This document shows, piece after piece, positions 30,898-42,017 of a stretch of DNA of 64,000 nt (position 1 is its first letter; each line of letters opens with the position of its first letter). This DNA is from an uncultured bacterium (GTDB lineage: Bacteria > Acidobacteriota > HRBIN11 > JAKEFK01). The notes below the pieces were generated by a model. That model had not been told where the DNA came from and searched no databases. It saw only the letters and a list, made by a program, of their open reading frames with translations. The position numbers and the translations under genes are program-made. Where the stretch lies: NCBI GenBank assembly GCA_963771165.1, contig CAVYSN010000001.1, positions 62,980-126,979 of the forward strand, read 5' to 3'.

Positions 30898-32985
30898 TCA
30901 GGCGATTTTTTCTTGTGGGGCGGACATTTTAGCCGAGACGGCTTCAAGATCCGCGTACAATTCAGAAATTTTCTGATATCGCTTATCCGGATTCTTTGCC
31001 ATTGCGCGGATGAGAACTTCTTCCAACTCCTTCAGAAGGGTTGGATTGATGCTTGTCGGTTTAGGAACCGCCTCCCGGATATGTTTATTCAACACAGCAA
31101 GCGACGAATCTGCTATAAAGGGAAGTCTTCCGGTAAACACTTCAAACAACACGACACCGGCCGAATAGATGTCTGTCCGATGATCCACTCCGAGCCCCTG
31201 TGCCTGTTCGGGTGACATATAGTCGGGTGTTCCCATAATGGTTCCGGCTGAAGTCATTCCTTTCATATCCGCAACGCGCGCAATCCCGAAATCCATGATT
31301 TTCACATCGCCGGTGCTTTCCAGAAGTATGTTCTGGGGCTTCATGTCGCGATGGACAACCCCTTTTTCATGCGCTGCATCGAGAGCGCTGCAAATCTGTT
31401 TGCCGATTTGCAGCCCGATCCGGACCGGCAGCATCCCGCGTTGCCGTATGAGATGCTTCAATGTAATACCTCTTACATATTCCATACTAATAACATAGTA
31501 GTTATCCAGCTCGCTGTAATCGTACGTCCGCACGACATTGCGATGCGTTATTCTGCGAGCAAGCTTCAGCTCCTGTTTGAAGCGATCGAGAGCTACGGGA
31601 TCCTGTTGAAATACTTCGCTTTTTAGAAGCTTCAGGGCGACAACTTCATCCAGCTGTCTATCCAACGCCTTGAACACGACTCCCATGCCTCCCGCTCCCA
31701 GGATCGACTGCACCTGGTAGCGACCGGCGATAATAGAACCTGGCCCGATGGACTCCAGAGAAACGGAGGACTGGGTCCCGGAAGTCTGCGGCGATGGCGA
31801 AATGAAACCAGTGGGCGCATTGGCCGAGAAAGTGACTGTGGGTTGCTGCGAAAGGTATTCCACCAGCTGCTGTTTCTCCTTCAATTGTGACAGGAGCTTT
31901 TTGAACGATTGGGCCAGTATCCCAACTTCGTCGCGAGAGGTTGTCTCAATCGGGACATCGAAATTGCCTTCTTTAACTTCGTTCACTGCATTGGTAAGAT
32001 CGCGCAATGGACCTGTGATCCGGCGCGATCCCAGAAAGCTAATCAGAAAAGCAAGAGCCATCATTCCGATACCAACGATCAGCACGTTCTTTTGAAACTG
32101 CCGGAACGCAAACAACTCGCGGTCCAGAGAGCGAAACGCCGCAAATCTACCGAGCGTTTGCCCATCCAGATTTTTCAACAGTCTGTAAACTCCAACATAC
32201 TTCTCGTTGCCGATCTGAAACTCGAACGGCACATCCGGTGTGCTTGCGGCGGAAACGGATTGCGTTAGGTCTTCACGTTCTTCTGTAATCGTGCTTGCAA
32301 TCAAGGAAAGCCCGTCTTTCTCAATGAAGAACGCAGCCTCTGAATGAGTGTATTCCTTGAGTTGAGTTACGAGGGCATCGTTGATCGAATATCCGACGGC
32401 GAGCGCTGCGGTGATGATATCTCCTGTAACAACCGGAAGCGCAATCGCGTGATACAGATTCTGATTTTCCAGCATCAATCCGCTGACTTCGTCTCCTTCC
32501 AGAGCGCTGGAAATCAAAGGAACATTTTCGAGACTCTGTCCGCTGACGCCCGGTTTATCCGTACGCGCAAGAATCACACCCTCCGCATCCGTGACGATTA
32601 TGAAATTGCTTTTGATGCTTTCTTCTGTGTCGCGCGCCAGATCCAGGATGCTGTTGGAATCGGCTTCCTGAATATATGCTTGAATATATGGACTTTGCGC
32701 AAAAATCTTGTTTGCAATTTTTAGCTTCTCATAGCGGTCTTTCTGAAATGTTTCAAAAACCGACAGCGTTTGTTTCAGATCTGATCGAATAGTTTCATGC
32801 GCGAGCGCCCTTGCTCTACGGGAGCTGAAAAGAATGGTTACGGCGATCAACAACACGATGATCAGAGCCGTGAAGAGGAAGAATTTCAGATTCAGGCTAA
32901 GACCGGGCTTAGTATCGTTCATTTTCGTCGTAATCTTTCCCGAATTTGTTTTTGTGCTTTGCTTTCTTGAAATTCCGTCCGTCAA
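30898..32985 (-). CDS. Receptor-type Ser/Thr protein kinase: TM, periplasmic sensor (Cache-like), HAMP, kinase
   Basis: N-terminal TM helix, ~250-aa extracytoplasmic region, second TM, HAMP-like segment (GPLRDLTNAVNEVKEGNFDVPIE), then a canonical kinase (GAGGMG, ALK, HRDMKPQN, DFG). Confidence 0.75.
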   Translation of the reverse strand: MTDGISRKQSTKTNSGKITTKMNDTKPGLSLNLKFFLFTALIIVLLIAVTILFSSRRARALAHETIRSDLKQTLSVFETFQKDRYEKLKIANKIFAQSPYIQAYIQEADSNSILDLARDTEESIKSNFIIVTDAEGVILARTDKPGVSGQSLENVPLISSALEGDEVSGLMLENQNLYHAIALPVVTGDIITAALAVGYSINDALVTQLKEYTHSEAAFFIEKDGLSLIASTITEEREDLTQSVSAASTPDVPFEFQIGNEKYVGVYRLLKNLDGQTLGRFAAFRSLDRELFAFRQFQKNVLIVGIGMMALAFLISFLGSRRITGPLRDLTNAVNEVKEGNFDVPIETTSRDEVGILAQSFKKLLSQLKEKQQLVEYLSQQPTVTFSANAPTGFISPSPQTSGTQSSVSLESIGPGSIIAGRYQVQSILGAGGMGVVFKALDRQLDEVVALKLLKSEVFQQDPVALDRFKQELKLARRITHRNVVRTYDYSELDNYYVISMEYVRGITLKHLIRQRGMLPVRIGLQIGKQICSALDAAHEKGVVHRDMKPQNILLESTGDVKIMDFGIARVADMKGMTSAGTIMGTPDYMSPEQAQGLGVDHRTDIYSAGVVLFEVFTGRLPFIADSSLAVLNKHIREAVPKPTSINPTLLKELEEVLIRAMAKNPDKRYQKISELYADLEAVSAKMSAPQEKIA

Positions 32986-33568
32986 TCGTCAAATTGACCT
33001 TCAAAGGCTTGTCACCTACCGTTACTTTTTGCATCGTTTGTCCCTCTTCCGCATACACTCGTAGCTGAAAATCTCCATTCGGGATGTTCCCCAAAGTGAA
33101 ATACCCTTCCTGGTCCGCAATCGTATAGTGCGGCGAAGAGGTAACGATGATCGTGGCGGACATTTGCGGATGTACATTGCAAAATACTTTTACGACACCT
33201 GGATGCTCAAAGGTTTGAGTCTTATTCCCTCCGCCTTTATAAAGTCCGAGATCGAACCGGTTCGGCGCCGACACAGAAAAGATGTTGTGGAATATGGAAT
33301 CGAGATTCGGAAACTGAACGGACGCTCCTACCGGAACAGCGAGAACACGCGGAGCAAATTGCTTATCCTTTGTCGCCATGGTGAATTTCTTTTTCAATGC
33401 TTCCTGGGGTATGTTCGATTGCGAAACGGCTTCCAGATACAGGATCACCGAGGAGTGGTCTGTCTTCTTTTTCTCACCTTTGAGGAGCACTTGCACCATA
33501 CCGAATACTTCGTGGGCATTCGCCTCCAGCCCGAATAGAAGAAGCATGAGTGCCGCGAAAAACCGCAT
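32909..33568 (-). CDS. Secreted cupredoxin (amicyanin-like type-1 Cu site) fused to a CarbopepD_reg-like beta-sandwich
   Basis: Signal peptide. FAPRVLAVPVGASVQFPNLDSIFHNIF ... FCNVHPQM (His, Cys-x2-His-x2-Met ligands). C-terminal GYFTLGNIPNGDFQLRVY. Overlaps the start of the downstream receptor kinase. Confidence 0.55.
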   Translation of the reverse strand: MRFFAALMLLLFGLEANAHEVFGMVQVLLKGEKKKTDHSSVILYLEAVSQSNIPQEALKKKFTMATKDKQFAPRVLAVPVGASVQFPNLDSIFHNIFSVSAPNRFDLGLYKGGGNKTQTFEHPGVVKVFCNVHPQMSATIIVTSSPHYTIADQEGYFTLGNIPNGDFQLRVYAEEGQTMQKVTVGDKPLKVNLTIDGRNFKKAKHKNKFGKDYDENERY

Positions 33569-33625
33569 GGAACCTTACCTCGCCAGATCTGTTATCTTAT
33601 TGCAGAGTCAAATTTAGAGCAAGGT

Positions 33626-33690
33626 TAGACGCGTCTGAGAGTCGTGAGTCATCGCGTCGACGCACAGACGCGTGACGCACAGACGCATAC
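33626..33690. repeat. Palindrome-rich GACGCA-heptad repeat in a divergent promoter region
   Basis: TTAGACGCGTCTGA, then GTCGACGCACAGACGCGTGACGCACAGACGC. Confidence 0.5.
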
Positions 33691-33712
33691 GTCCGTGCTA
33701 TGATGGCCTGCA

Positions 33713-33940
33713 ATGAAATGGCGAGTGCGTCTTGTAACGAAACGCAAAAGAAAACGGGCGCTGAGAATCAAAGGAAACTCAATCGACGAACTGGCTGCAA
33801 AACTTGCCAAGCATTCCAGCAAATTTCTCGATTTTGAAATTGAAACACCTGTTAATGATCCCGCTTACTGGAAATCCCTGATCCTGGCAAAACTTTTCCA
33901 GAAAACCCATCGTGAAGACTCCACTCCCACCCTCTTCTAA
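33713..33940 (+). CDS. Hypothetical small basic protein
   Basis: 75-aa ORF only, no recognised domain. Confidence 0.25.
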   Translation: MKWRVRLVTKRKRKRALRIKGNSIDELAAKLAKHSSKFLDFEIETPVNDPAYWKSLILAKLFQKTHREDSTPTLF

Positions 33941-33998
33941 TTTCAGATTTCAGATTGCAAATTGTAGATTGAATATTTCTTTGCGCCTTTGCGTTAAA

Positions 33999-34901
33999 TC
34001 ATTCGTGCATTTCGACACAAACTTCCTGAACTTCGACCTGCAGAGTCGTATGATCAAGATGAAACGCGGCGCGCAACAGATCTTCCACTCGTGTCCGAAC
34101 ATCAATCGGATCGTAATTTGGCTGCACAACGATATGCGCGGAGAGCGCATGAGATTTGGAGCCAATGCTCCAGACATGAAGGTCATGGATATTCTCCACA
34201 CCGGTTAAGTTTCTTACTTCTTCACGGATCCGTTTTAAGTTCAAGTGTTTCGGAACAGCCTCCATCAGGATATTGACGGAATCACGGATCAAGCTCCATG
34301 CGCTGAAAAGGACGAGACCACCGATCAAAAAACTCAATAGCGGATCGAATACGGGCCAGCCGGTTAGATAGATGAGAACTCCTGCGACCAGCGCTCCGAC
34401 CGATCCGAGCGCATCGTTGATGACGTGAATATAGGCACCACGAACATTGAGATCATGATGACCGTGCAGCATCCAGGCGGAGATTAAATTCACAATCAAA
34501 CCCGCTGCGCCAATTGTTATGATTCCCGTACTGCTCACAGGCACAGGAAGAAATAGCCGCTGTAAAGCTTCGTAGTAGATAAAACCGATCATCAAGAATA
34601 AAACAAGCCCGTTGAAAAGCGCCGCCAGAACTTCGGTACGATAATACCCATAACTTTTTTCGGCGGTTGGTGCTCTACGCGTCATATTTGCAGCATACAA
34701 ACAGATAAGTAGCGCCAGCATATCGGAGAGCATATGCCCCGCATCTGAAAGCAATGCAAGGCTGTTGGTGAGGTAACCTGAAATGGCCTCGACCACGAAG
34801 AAGGCCGAAGTCAATATGAAGGCTGTCTTTAAAACGCGTATATCGTGGCCATTTCCCCCTCCCCTGGAAGGAGGGGGATTTGGGAAATTAGAACTCGACA
34901 T
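33999..34901 (-). CDS. Cation diffusion facilitator family transporter (CzcD-like)
   Basis: Six TM helices plus C-terminal HDLHVWSIGS ... HIVV. Confidence 0.85.
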   Translation of the reverse strand: MSSSNFPNPPPSRGGGNGHDIRVLKTAFILTSAFFVVEAISGYLTNSLALLSDAGHMLSDMLALLICLYAANMTRRAPTAEKSYGYYRTEVLAALFNGLVLFLMIGFIYYEALQRLFLPVPVSSTGIITIGAAGLIVNLISAWMLHGHHDLNVRGAYIHVINDALGSVGALVAGVLIYLTGWPVFDPLLSFLIGGLVLFSAWSLIRDSVNILMEAVPKHLNLKRIREEVRNLTGVENIHDLHVWSIGSKSHALSAHIVVQPNYDPIDVRTRVEDLLRAAFHLDHTTLQVEVQEVCVEMHE

Positions 34902-34908
34902 GTGACCC

Positions 34909-35811
34909 TCACTGGGTCGTGGTCAATGCCTCATCAATAATTTTCTTAAATTGATCAACCGGAATGGCTCCAATGACAGTTCTTCCATTCACCAAAAAAG
35001 AAGGCGTAGAGCTTAACCCGAGACTGCTTGCTTCTGCTGTATCTGCAGCCACTTTTTGTTCGGTTGTCGGATCAGCCATACACTTTTTCAATTCTTCAGA
35101 GTTTATACCATTCTGTGCGCCGAATTCCTGCATCTTGGCATCAAAATTTTCTTTGGTAATTGCTTTTTGATTTGTGAAAAAATAATCGGAAAGCTTCCAG
35201 AATGCATCGGGATTCTGTTTATGAACGCATACCGAAATCGCCGCTGCGTCCTTTGCCCAGTTGTGCATGGCAAGCGGAAGATGTTTGTATGCCACCTTTA
35301 CTTTTCCTTCGTATTGTTTCAGCAGATCTTTTACAGTAACGTGTGCCGAGCTGCAGTATGGACACTGAAAGTCTGAATATTCCACGATCGTAACTTTGGC
35401 ATCGGGGGCTCCGGTTGTGGGCACGTTGGCAAGGGAGACTTTATCCAGGTTCCTTTTGTAAGGATCGACGGTCATATCGAACGTCTTTCCCACGATGAGC
35501 TTGTTTTCTGTTGTGATCCACGCTTCCTGTTTTTGATCCACACGATCCCCTTTGAACTCGACCACAACCGGATAAGTTCCGGGAACGTCCTTTGATTGCG
35601 GATTTTCTTTTACTGTGATCGTTACATTGGCAGGGACGTTGAAAGCCTTACGAATGTAGTTGGCGATCTGTTCATGCGTCATGGAAGGCTTCACCGGTGC
35701 AGCGGTCTGTTCCTGCGCGCAGGCGCACAGCTGAAAAGTGAAGACAGCCAAGAACAAGAAAACGATTGAAATCTTTTGATACTTCATCATTTCATCCTTT
35801 TGATTTTGCAC
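34909..35811 (-). CDS. DsbA-like thiol:disulfide oxidoreductase lipoprotein
   Basis: Signal/lipobox LCACAQ. Thioredoxin-fold CPYC active site (DFQCPYCSSAH). Confidence 0.75.
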   Translation of the reverse strand: MQNQKDEMMKYQKISIVFLFLAVFTFQLCACAQEQTAAPVKPSMTHEQIANYIRKAFNVPANVTITVKENPQSKDVPGTYPVVVEFKGDRVDQKQEAWITTENKLIVGKTFDMTVDPYKRNLDKVSLANVPTTGAPDAKVTIVEYSDFQCPYCSSAHVTVKDLLKQYEGKVKVAYKHLPLAMHNWAKDAAAISVCVHKQNPDAFWKLSDYFFTNQKAITKENFDAKMQEFGAQNGINSEELKKCMADPTTEQKVAADTAEASSLGLSSTPSFLVNGRTVIGAIPVDQFKKIIDEALTTTQ

Positions 35812-35977
35812 TGAAATCTAAGTCTAACCTAAATAGATTAGAATGCCATTCAGGCGGTTTTGTGCTCTATCCTTTCTCTTTTCGTATTGGTGAGTTTCCA
35901 CCGGACCGAGGAAAGAGGCGGTAAGATTGAAAGTTTAATGGTCGCGCTCGCGGAAGGCAAGACCTTCCATAGCGTCT

Positions 35978-37090
35978 TTATAGCCGGCTCTCAGTTCGTA
36001 ACCCATACCAGAAGATGGCTGCCAGAATCGCTGCTGCAGGCAGAGTGAGCAACCACGCCAGCAGTATCTGAAGGATCACGCTTTTTCTTGCGGTTCGGTT
36101 TACGATTCCAATGCCGAACAGAGCTCCGCAAGACACATGAGTCGTAGAAAGTGGAAGGCCGAACAAAGAACCGAACAGAACCAGCGCGGCAGTTACAAAA
36201 TTTCCGGTGAATGCCTGTCCGGGATTCATTTCGGTCACCTCAAAACTCATCCTTTGTGCGATCCTCTTCGAATGGATCAACCCGCCTGCAGTCATGAAAA
36301 TTGCAACGGACAATAAGCCAATTTTCGGTGAAACGAATGGTATTGCGAGAAACAGAGCAGCCAGCTTCGGCGTATCGTTCATACCGCGAGCCAGGGAAAC
36401 GGCCCCCGCGCTGAACATATGAATCAAGTCCATGGCCTTTTGCAAATTGACGCCCATGAAATGGCCTGGATAAATGATGCGACAGTGCTTTTGTTCGGCA
36501 ATCGAGACGCGTACACCTGAGGATTGTATCGTCAAAAGTCCCGGAGCTCCGATCAAGACCTCCTGCGTTTCACCGATGCAAAGACAATAGGAGCTTTGTA
36601 CGCCTGTTCTTAAACGAAGCCTGTGGCAGACTCTATAAAGCAGAGTGGTCAGAAACAACGCAGCAACGGGTCCAAGTAACAAAGGGACAAAAAAAGATTT
36701 CCCGAGTGCTGTAAATGATGTAAGTCCGCCGCTAGCAATACCGCAACCCATCAAAGCTCCGACCAGACTATGAGTCGTTGAAATTGGAAACCGCAGCAAA
36801 GTTGCGAGCATGACAGTGCATGCGGCAGCCAGCGCAACCGTTGTCAGGAACGCGGGATCCTGCAGAATTGCATTCTGCACAATGCCTTTGCCGGAGAATA
36901 ATGTCAGGAGTCTTGTGGTCATGAAGAAGCTGGCAATTGATCCTGCAAAGGTTGCAATCAGGCCCCATGCCAGCGCGCGATTGTAGGAAAGGACCTTGCT
37001 TCCATATAATGTTGCAACGCCTTTGAAGTCATCGTTCGCACCGTTCGCGTAAGAAATAAAAAACGTGGCAAGTGCTAGAACTGAATTCAT
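35978..37090 (-). CDS. Inorganic phosphate transporter, PiT family
   Basis: Duplicated signature GANDDFKG / ARGMNDTPK and PISTTHSLVGALMG / PLSTTHVSCGALFG. Confidence 0.75.
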   Translation of the reverse strand: MNSVLALATFFISYANGANDDFKGVATLYGSKVLSYNRALAWGLIATFAGSIASFFMTTRLLTLFSGKGIVQNAILQDPAFLTTVALAAACTVMLATLLRFPISTTHSLVGALMGCGIASGGLTSFTALGKSFFVPLLLGPVAALFLTTLLYRVCHRLRLRTGVQSSYCLCIGETQEVLIGAPGLLTIQSSGVRVSIAEQKHCRIIYPGHFMGVNLQKAMDLIHMFSAGAVSLARGMNDTPKLAALFLAIPFVSPKIGLLSVAIFMTAGGLIHSKRIAQRMSFEVTEMNPGQAFTGNFVTAALVLFGSLFGLPLSTTHVSCGALFGIGIVNRTARKSVILQILLAWLLTLPAAAILAAIFWYGLRTESRL

Positions 37091-37093
37091 GCT

Positions 37094-38152
37094 TTAGCAA
37101 CAGCTGGCCTTCGAGGATTCTCCTGAAGTGGAAGATGTTCCGCATGCAAACAGGCCGAAGTGTTTGACCGGAGCAGACACTTCAAAATGGCGGCCGAGAC
37201 GCGTTTCTGAAAGCATTCGTGCCGTGTTGCGGCAAACGGGAACCGGACGATTGGCTTCGAACACGTGATGATCATCCAGAACAAATCTGGCAGCCGGTCC
37301 CGCCAAACTTCCTTTATAAATGGCTATCTGCCCGTAGTCTTCACACCGGCGGTCAAGAGGATCTGAAAACCGGAAACCACGAACCGTCATTGAATAAAAC
37401 ACGATTGGCTCTCCCAAAACATCTCTTTGCACTTCCATCCGGCTCATGGTTCTGGGGTCCTGAAAGCCACAATCCTTTATCACATCAAACCAGTCATGCT
37501 CATACTCGGCTCCACCCAGACATTCCGCCACCATCTCTGAATGATTACGAATTGATTCCGGCACGCGTCGATCGGATACAATGTCGGAAATGTAAAACTC
37601 CCCCCCTTCTTTCAACACCCGAAAAATCGTTTTGAAGACCAGATCCTTTCGAGGAGACAGATTGATGACGCAATCAGATATGACAAGGTCTATTGATTCA
37701 TCAGGAATCGATTCAGCTACCTCGATAAAATCCTTTTCAAAGCTTACGTTTGGACTGTTGTAGTGGAAACGATCCATCACCATTTGTGTGTTCCTTCTGG
37801 CAACATCCAACTGTTCATCGGTCATATCTATTCCACAGACCGATCCTGAAGGTCCGACAAGCCTGGAGAGAATGAAAGCATCGACTCCAGCGCCCGATCC
37901 CAGATCCAGTACGCGTAGTCCTGTTAAATCATCTTCCGGAACCGGACAACCACATCCATAATGACGGGCTTTGACTTCTTCCGGTATCAATTCAAGTATG
38001 TGTTTAAACCGGGACTGACTTTGTTCCGTGCAACATGCTTTCTGGGAAAGATCCGACTTGCTTTTTAGATGCCTTCCATAATAATCACGCAAGATCGAAC
38101 GGACGTAATCCAGATCTTGCATGCTGGAAGTCGATGACAAGGATTGATTCAT
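37094..38152 (-). CDS. arsM: Arsenite S-adenosylmethionine methyltransferase (ArsM family)
   Basis: HYGCGCP ... VLDLGSGAGVDAF ... GIDMTDEQL ... ISDCVINL, plus N-terminal CC and C-terminal Cys residues typical of ArsM. Confidence 0.7.
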   Translation of the reverse strand: MNQSLSSTSSMQDLDYVRSILRDYYGRHLKSKSDLSQKACCTEQSQSRFKHILELIPEEVKARHYGCGCPVPEDDLTGLRVLDLGSGAGVDAFILSRLVGPSGSVCGIDMTDEQLDVARRNTQMVMDRFHYNSPNVSFEKDFIEVAESIPDESIDLVISDCVINLSPRKDLVFKTIFRVLKEGGEFYISDIVSDRRVPESIRNHSEMVAECLGGAEYEHDWFDVIKDCGFQDPRTMSRMEVQRDVLGEPIVFYSMTVRGFRFSDPLDRRCEDYGQIAIYKGSLAGPAARFVLDDHHVFEANRPVPVCRNTARMLSETRLGRHFEVSAPVKHFGLFACGTSSTSGESSKASCC

Positions 38153-38242
38153 GAGCTTTTATTCCTTAGATGTGGTTTGCCGCGGAATTATTCTAACTCC
38201 AAATTGGATGCGAGCGCCATGAATCGCGCCCTCATACTCGAT

Positions 38243-40007
38243 TCAGCTTTTCTTGCTCGCGATCCAGCGATCGATTTTTCCATCGAGAACATCCAGCGGA
38301 ACAGAGCCAGTCAACAGTATTTCATTGTGGAATTCACGCACGTTGAACTGATCTCCAAGCGCTTTTTCCGCCCGATTACGAAGCTCCCGAATTTTCATTT
38401 GCCCCACTTTGTAACCGAGCGCCTGTCCCGGAGCGGCGATATAGCGTTCGGTTTCACTGACGGCACGAGCCTCCTTAACGGCAGCGTTTTCATACATGTA
38501 ATGGAGCACATCCTCGCGAGTCCAATCTTTTGCGTGCAGACCCGTATCCACCACCAACCGGATCGCCCGCCACAATTCCGCGTTCAAAGCCCCGAAATAC
38601 TGATATGGATCCTTATAGACTCCCAGTTCTTTGCCGAGAGATTCCGCATACAAACCCCAGCCTTCGATATAAGCGCCAAATCCGCCAAAACGTCTGAAAC
38701 GGGGTAGTTGCTCCATCTCTTGCTGGATGGCAATTTGAAAATGATGTCCGGGTGCCGCTTCGTGAAGTGACAACGCTTCCATCGCCCATTTTGGCCTGGC
38801 AGAGAGATCGTAGGCGTTTACATAAAAAACACCCGGACGTGAACCGTCAGGCGATGCAGCATCGTAAGAGCCTCCGGAAGCAGACTTCTCGCGAAAAGGT
38901 TCAACGGCTCTTACCTCGTAGTCGGCTTTCGGCATCATGTCGAAGAGTTTTGGCAATAACGGCCGAACCTTATCTTTTAACGCCGTGTATCCGTCCACCA
39001 GATCTTCACGCTTCGTAAAATAGAACCGCTTTTCGTTGTTCATGAATTCGAAAAATGCTTTGAGATCCCCCTCAAATCCGACCTCCTTCATCACTTTGCG
39101 CATTTCGTCATGAATTCTTTTGACCTCGGAAAGCCCGCGGTCATGGATCTCTTCCGGAGTCAGAGTTGTGGTTGTAAAAGTCTTCACATTGTATGCATAC
39201 ATCGCCTTCCCATTGGGCAAAGCACTCATTCCCACGGTCGTACGCGTATGCTTCATATAATCATCGCGGATGTAATCGTGCAGCGAGCGGTAAGCCGGTA
39301 CGATTTTATTTTGAATCGCTTTCGTGTATTCGTTCATCAAACGCGCGCGATCGATTTTGTGAAATTTTCCGGAAAAGCTCTTAATCGGCTCCCAGAACAA
39401 GCTTTCCTCAGGATTTTCCACCACTTGTGCTTGCAACTGGGGCAAGACTTTTTCCATGACCACCTTGGGCTGAACGTAACCCTTTTGTATACCCTCTTTC
39501 ATATTTACGATTGCCTGGTTCACCCAAACGACAAAACCATCGATCCTGTGCAGAAAGTCTTCGTAATCCTTTACAGTCTTGAAAGGATGAGCCCCTTTCC
39601 CGGATCCCATTTGTGCGAAAAAGTTGGGGATACCGAAGGATTGATTAACAGGAAGCAGGTGATCGGGATATTGAAAGCCTTCGACGTCCGATTTCGCGCC
39701 CTTGTTTAAAAATCTCGTAAGTTAACTGATCCTGCGCATTTAAGCCGGAGACATCCAATGTTTTGATTTTTTTCAGGTATGTTTTTTCCAGGTCTTCCCG
39801 TTTTTTTCTCTCTTCAGGTCCAATGAAGTTCGGAAATCGATCGTTGTAGCGCGGATCGCCGATTTCAGTCGCCAGAAACGGATTCAGTTTCAGCATTTCC
39901 TCAAAATAACTTTCAACAAGGTCGTTGAGTTGTTTGTTCTTCGTTTCGGCGGAAAGCGGCACGATACCGATGAACATTAAAATCGAAAATAATGCGATGA
40001 ATTTCAT
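38243..40007 (-). CDS. DUF885-family protein (predicted secreted metallo-hydrolase-like), frameshifted
   Basis: N-terminus with signal peptide (MKFIALFSILMFIGIVPLSA) at 39645..40007. Remainder at 38243..39610 with HEAAPGHHFQ. Confidence 0.6.
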
Positions 40008-40172
40008 AGTCCTTCCTTTTACCTCAAAGCAGGAGTTAATGGTTAAAGATTGTAAGGACGAGGTTTCATAGCGACTGGACACTGGCGCATATGTTTTCAG
40101 CACGGTCGCGATAAATGCTCACCTACATCTACGAATTTAAGCATAACGTAAATGGTATAGTAATAAATTTCC

Positions 40173-42007
40173 ATGGACGATAAAAAGGTTGTGATCATCG
40201 GAGGTGGGCCTGCCGGGTTAACCGCCGCATACGAGCTTTGTAAACGGAACATTCCGTCGGAAGTACTGGAGAAGGATCCGGTTGTCGGCGGACTGGCTCG
40301 AACGGTTTCTTACAAAGGCTATCACTTCGACATCGGTGGTCATCGTTTTTTTACCAAAGTTCGGGCCGTGGAGAACATGTGGCACGAAGTATTGCAAGAA
40401 GGATTTTTTGTACCGCGGAAGACTCTCACGCATTTATTACAACCATAGATTTTTTTATTATCCACTTCGCGCCTGGAACGCGCTCCTTGGCCTCGGCCTT
40501 TTCAATAGTTTTTTGATCGTCAGCAGTTATGTCTGGGCCCGTTTGTTTCCCAACCCGAAAAATGAAACTTTCGAACAATGGGTTTCGAATCGCTTCGGCA
40601 AACGATTGTATCGTATTTTTTTTCAGACCTATACCGAAAAAGTCTGGGGAATTCCCTGTAATGAAATACGTGCCGAATGGGCAGCTCAGCGGATCAAGGG
40701 CCTCTCTCTCACTGCGGTTCTAAAAAACACACTGCTGAAAAAGGAGACCCAAAGGAAAGAAGATGTGATCAAATCGCTCATCGATGCTTTTCATTATCCG
40801 CGTTACGGGCCCGGCATGATGTGGCAACGGGTGGCAGACAGCGTCACAAAGAATGGTTGCAGACTCCAACTTAATGCGGACGTCGAGCGAATTCGATGGA
40901 ATAAACAGGGGGTCCAGTCCGTGGAAGTGAACCATGACAGAGGCAAAGAAGTGGTTTCCGGAACGCATTTCATCAGCACCATGCCGGTTCGGGAACTGAT
41001 TCACAAGTTGGCTCCAGCCTCCGCCGGAAGAAATTCTGAACGCTGCATCAACATTGAATTACAGAGATTTCATTACAGTCGCTCTGATCGTGAATCAAAA
41101 AGATGTGTTTCCGGATAATTGGATTTACATTCATGATCCGGAGGTGAAAGTCGGTCGCATCCAGAATTTTAAAAACTGGAGTCCGGATATGGTGCCGGAA
41201 CAAAATAAGACTTGCCTGGGGCTTGAGTATTTTTGTTTCGAAGGGGATGGACTCTGGAACACGCCGGATGCCGAATTGATCGAGCTCGCAAAAAAGGAGG
41301 TCGAAACTCTGGGACTTATACGCGCTGACGATGTTGAGGATGGTATGGTTGTCCGAATGCCCAAGGCATATCCCGTGTATGATTCGATTTATAAACAAAG
41401 TCTGGAGACGATTCAGAAGTTTCTTGCGTCGTTGGAGAATCTTCAACTGGTTGGCCGGAACGGAATGCACAAGTATAACAATCAAGACCATTCGATGCTG
41501 ACGGCGATGCTGGCGGTCCGAAATATTGAAGGTCAAAAGTACGATCTATGGGCCGTCAATGTCGACCCTGAATATCATGAAGAAGTTACGGGTGTCCAGG
41601 CGGAAGATGAATTCGCCATGCTTGCCTCGCAACAGCCGTTGGTGCCTGAACGGTTGGAGCCTGCGCTGGATCGTGCGGTTCTCAAGTCTCTTGCAAGAAT
41701 GGATAAACTCGCATTCGCAACCGCGATTGGAACCGTTTGCGGCCTGATCATTCTTGTAGCGACGATCTGGCTGAAGATACGGGGGCCTATGGAAGGAGCG
41801 AATTTGTGGTTGCTGGGACAGTACTTCCTGGGCTATTCGCTTTCTATAAAAGGGGCCTTCATCGGTTTTGGTTACAGTTTTTTCTGGGGATTCTTTTTCG
41901 GCTGGTTGTTCGCGTACTTGCGTAATCTCGCTATCGGTGTATTTCTGTATTATGTAAAACAGGAAGCAGAGGCCTCATCGTTTAAAAACCTTTTAGACTA
42001 TATCTAA
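40173..42007 (+). CDS. FAD-dependent oxidoreductase (amine-oxidase/protoporphyrinogen-oxidase-like) with C-terminal 3-TM membrane domain, split in 3 frames
   Basis: Rossmann VVIIGGGPAGLTAAYEL ... VGGLARTV. Pieces 40173..40448, 40282..41118 and 41054..42007 are collinear. The C-terminus has hydrophobic helices. Confidence 0.6.
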
Positions 42008-42017
42008 GGAGTCACTC

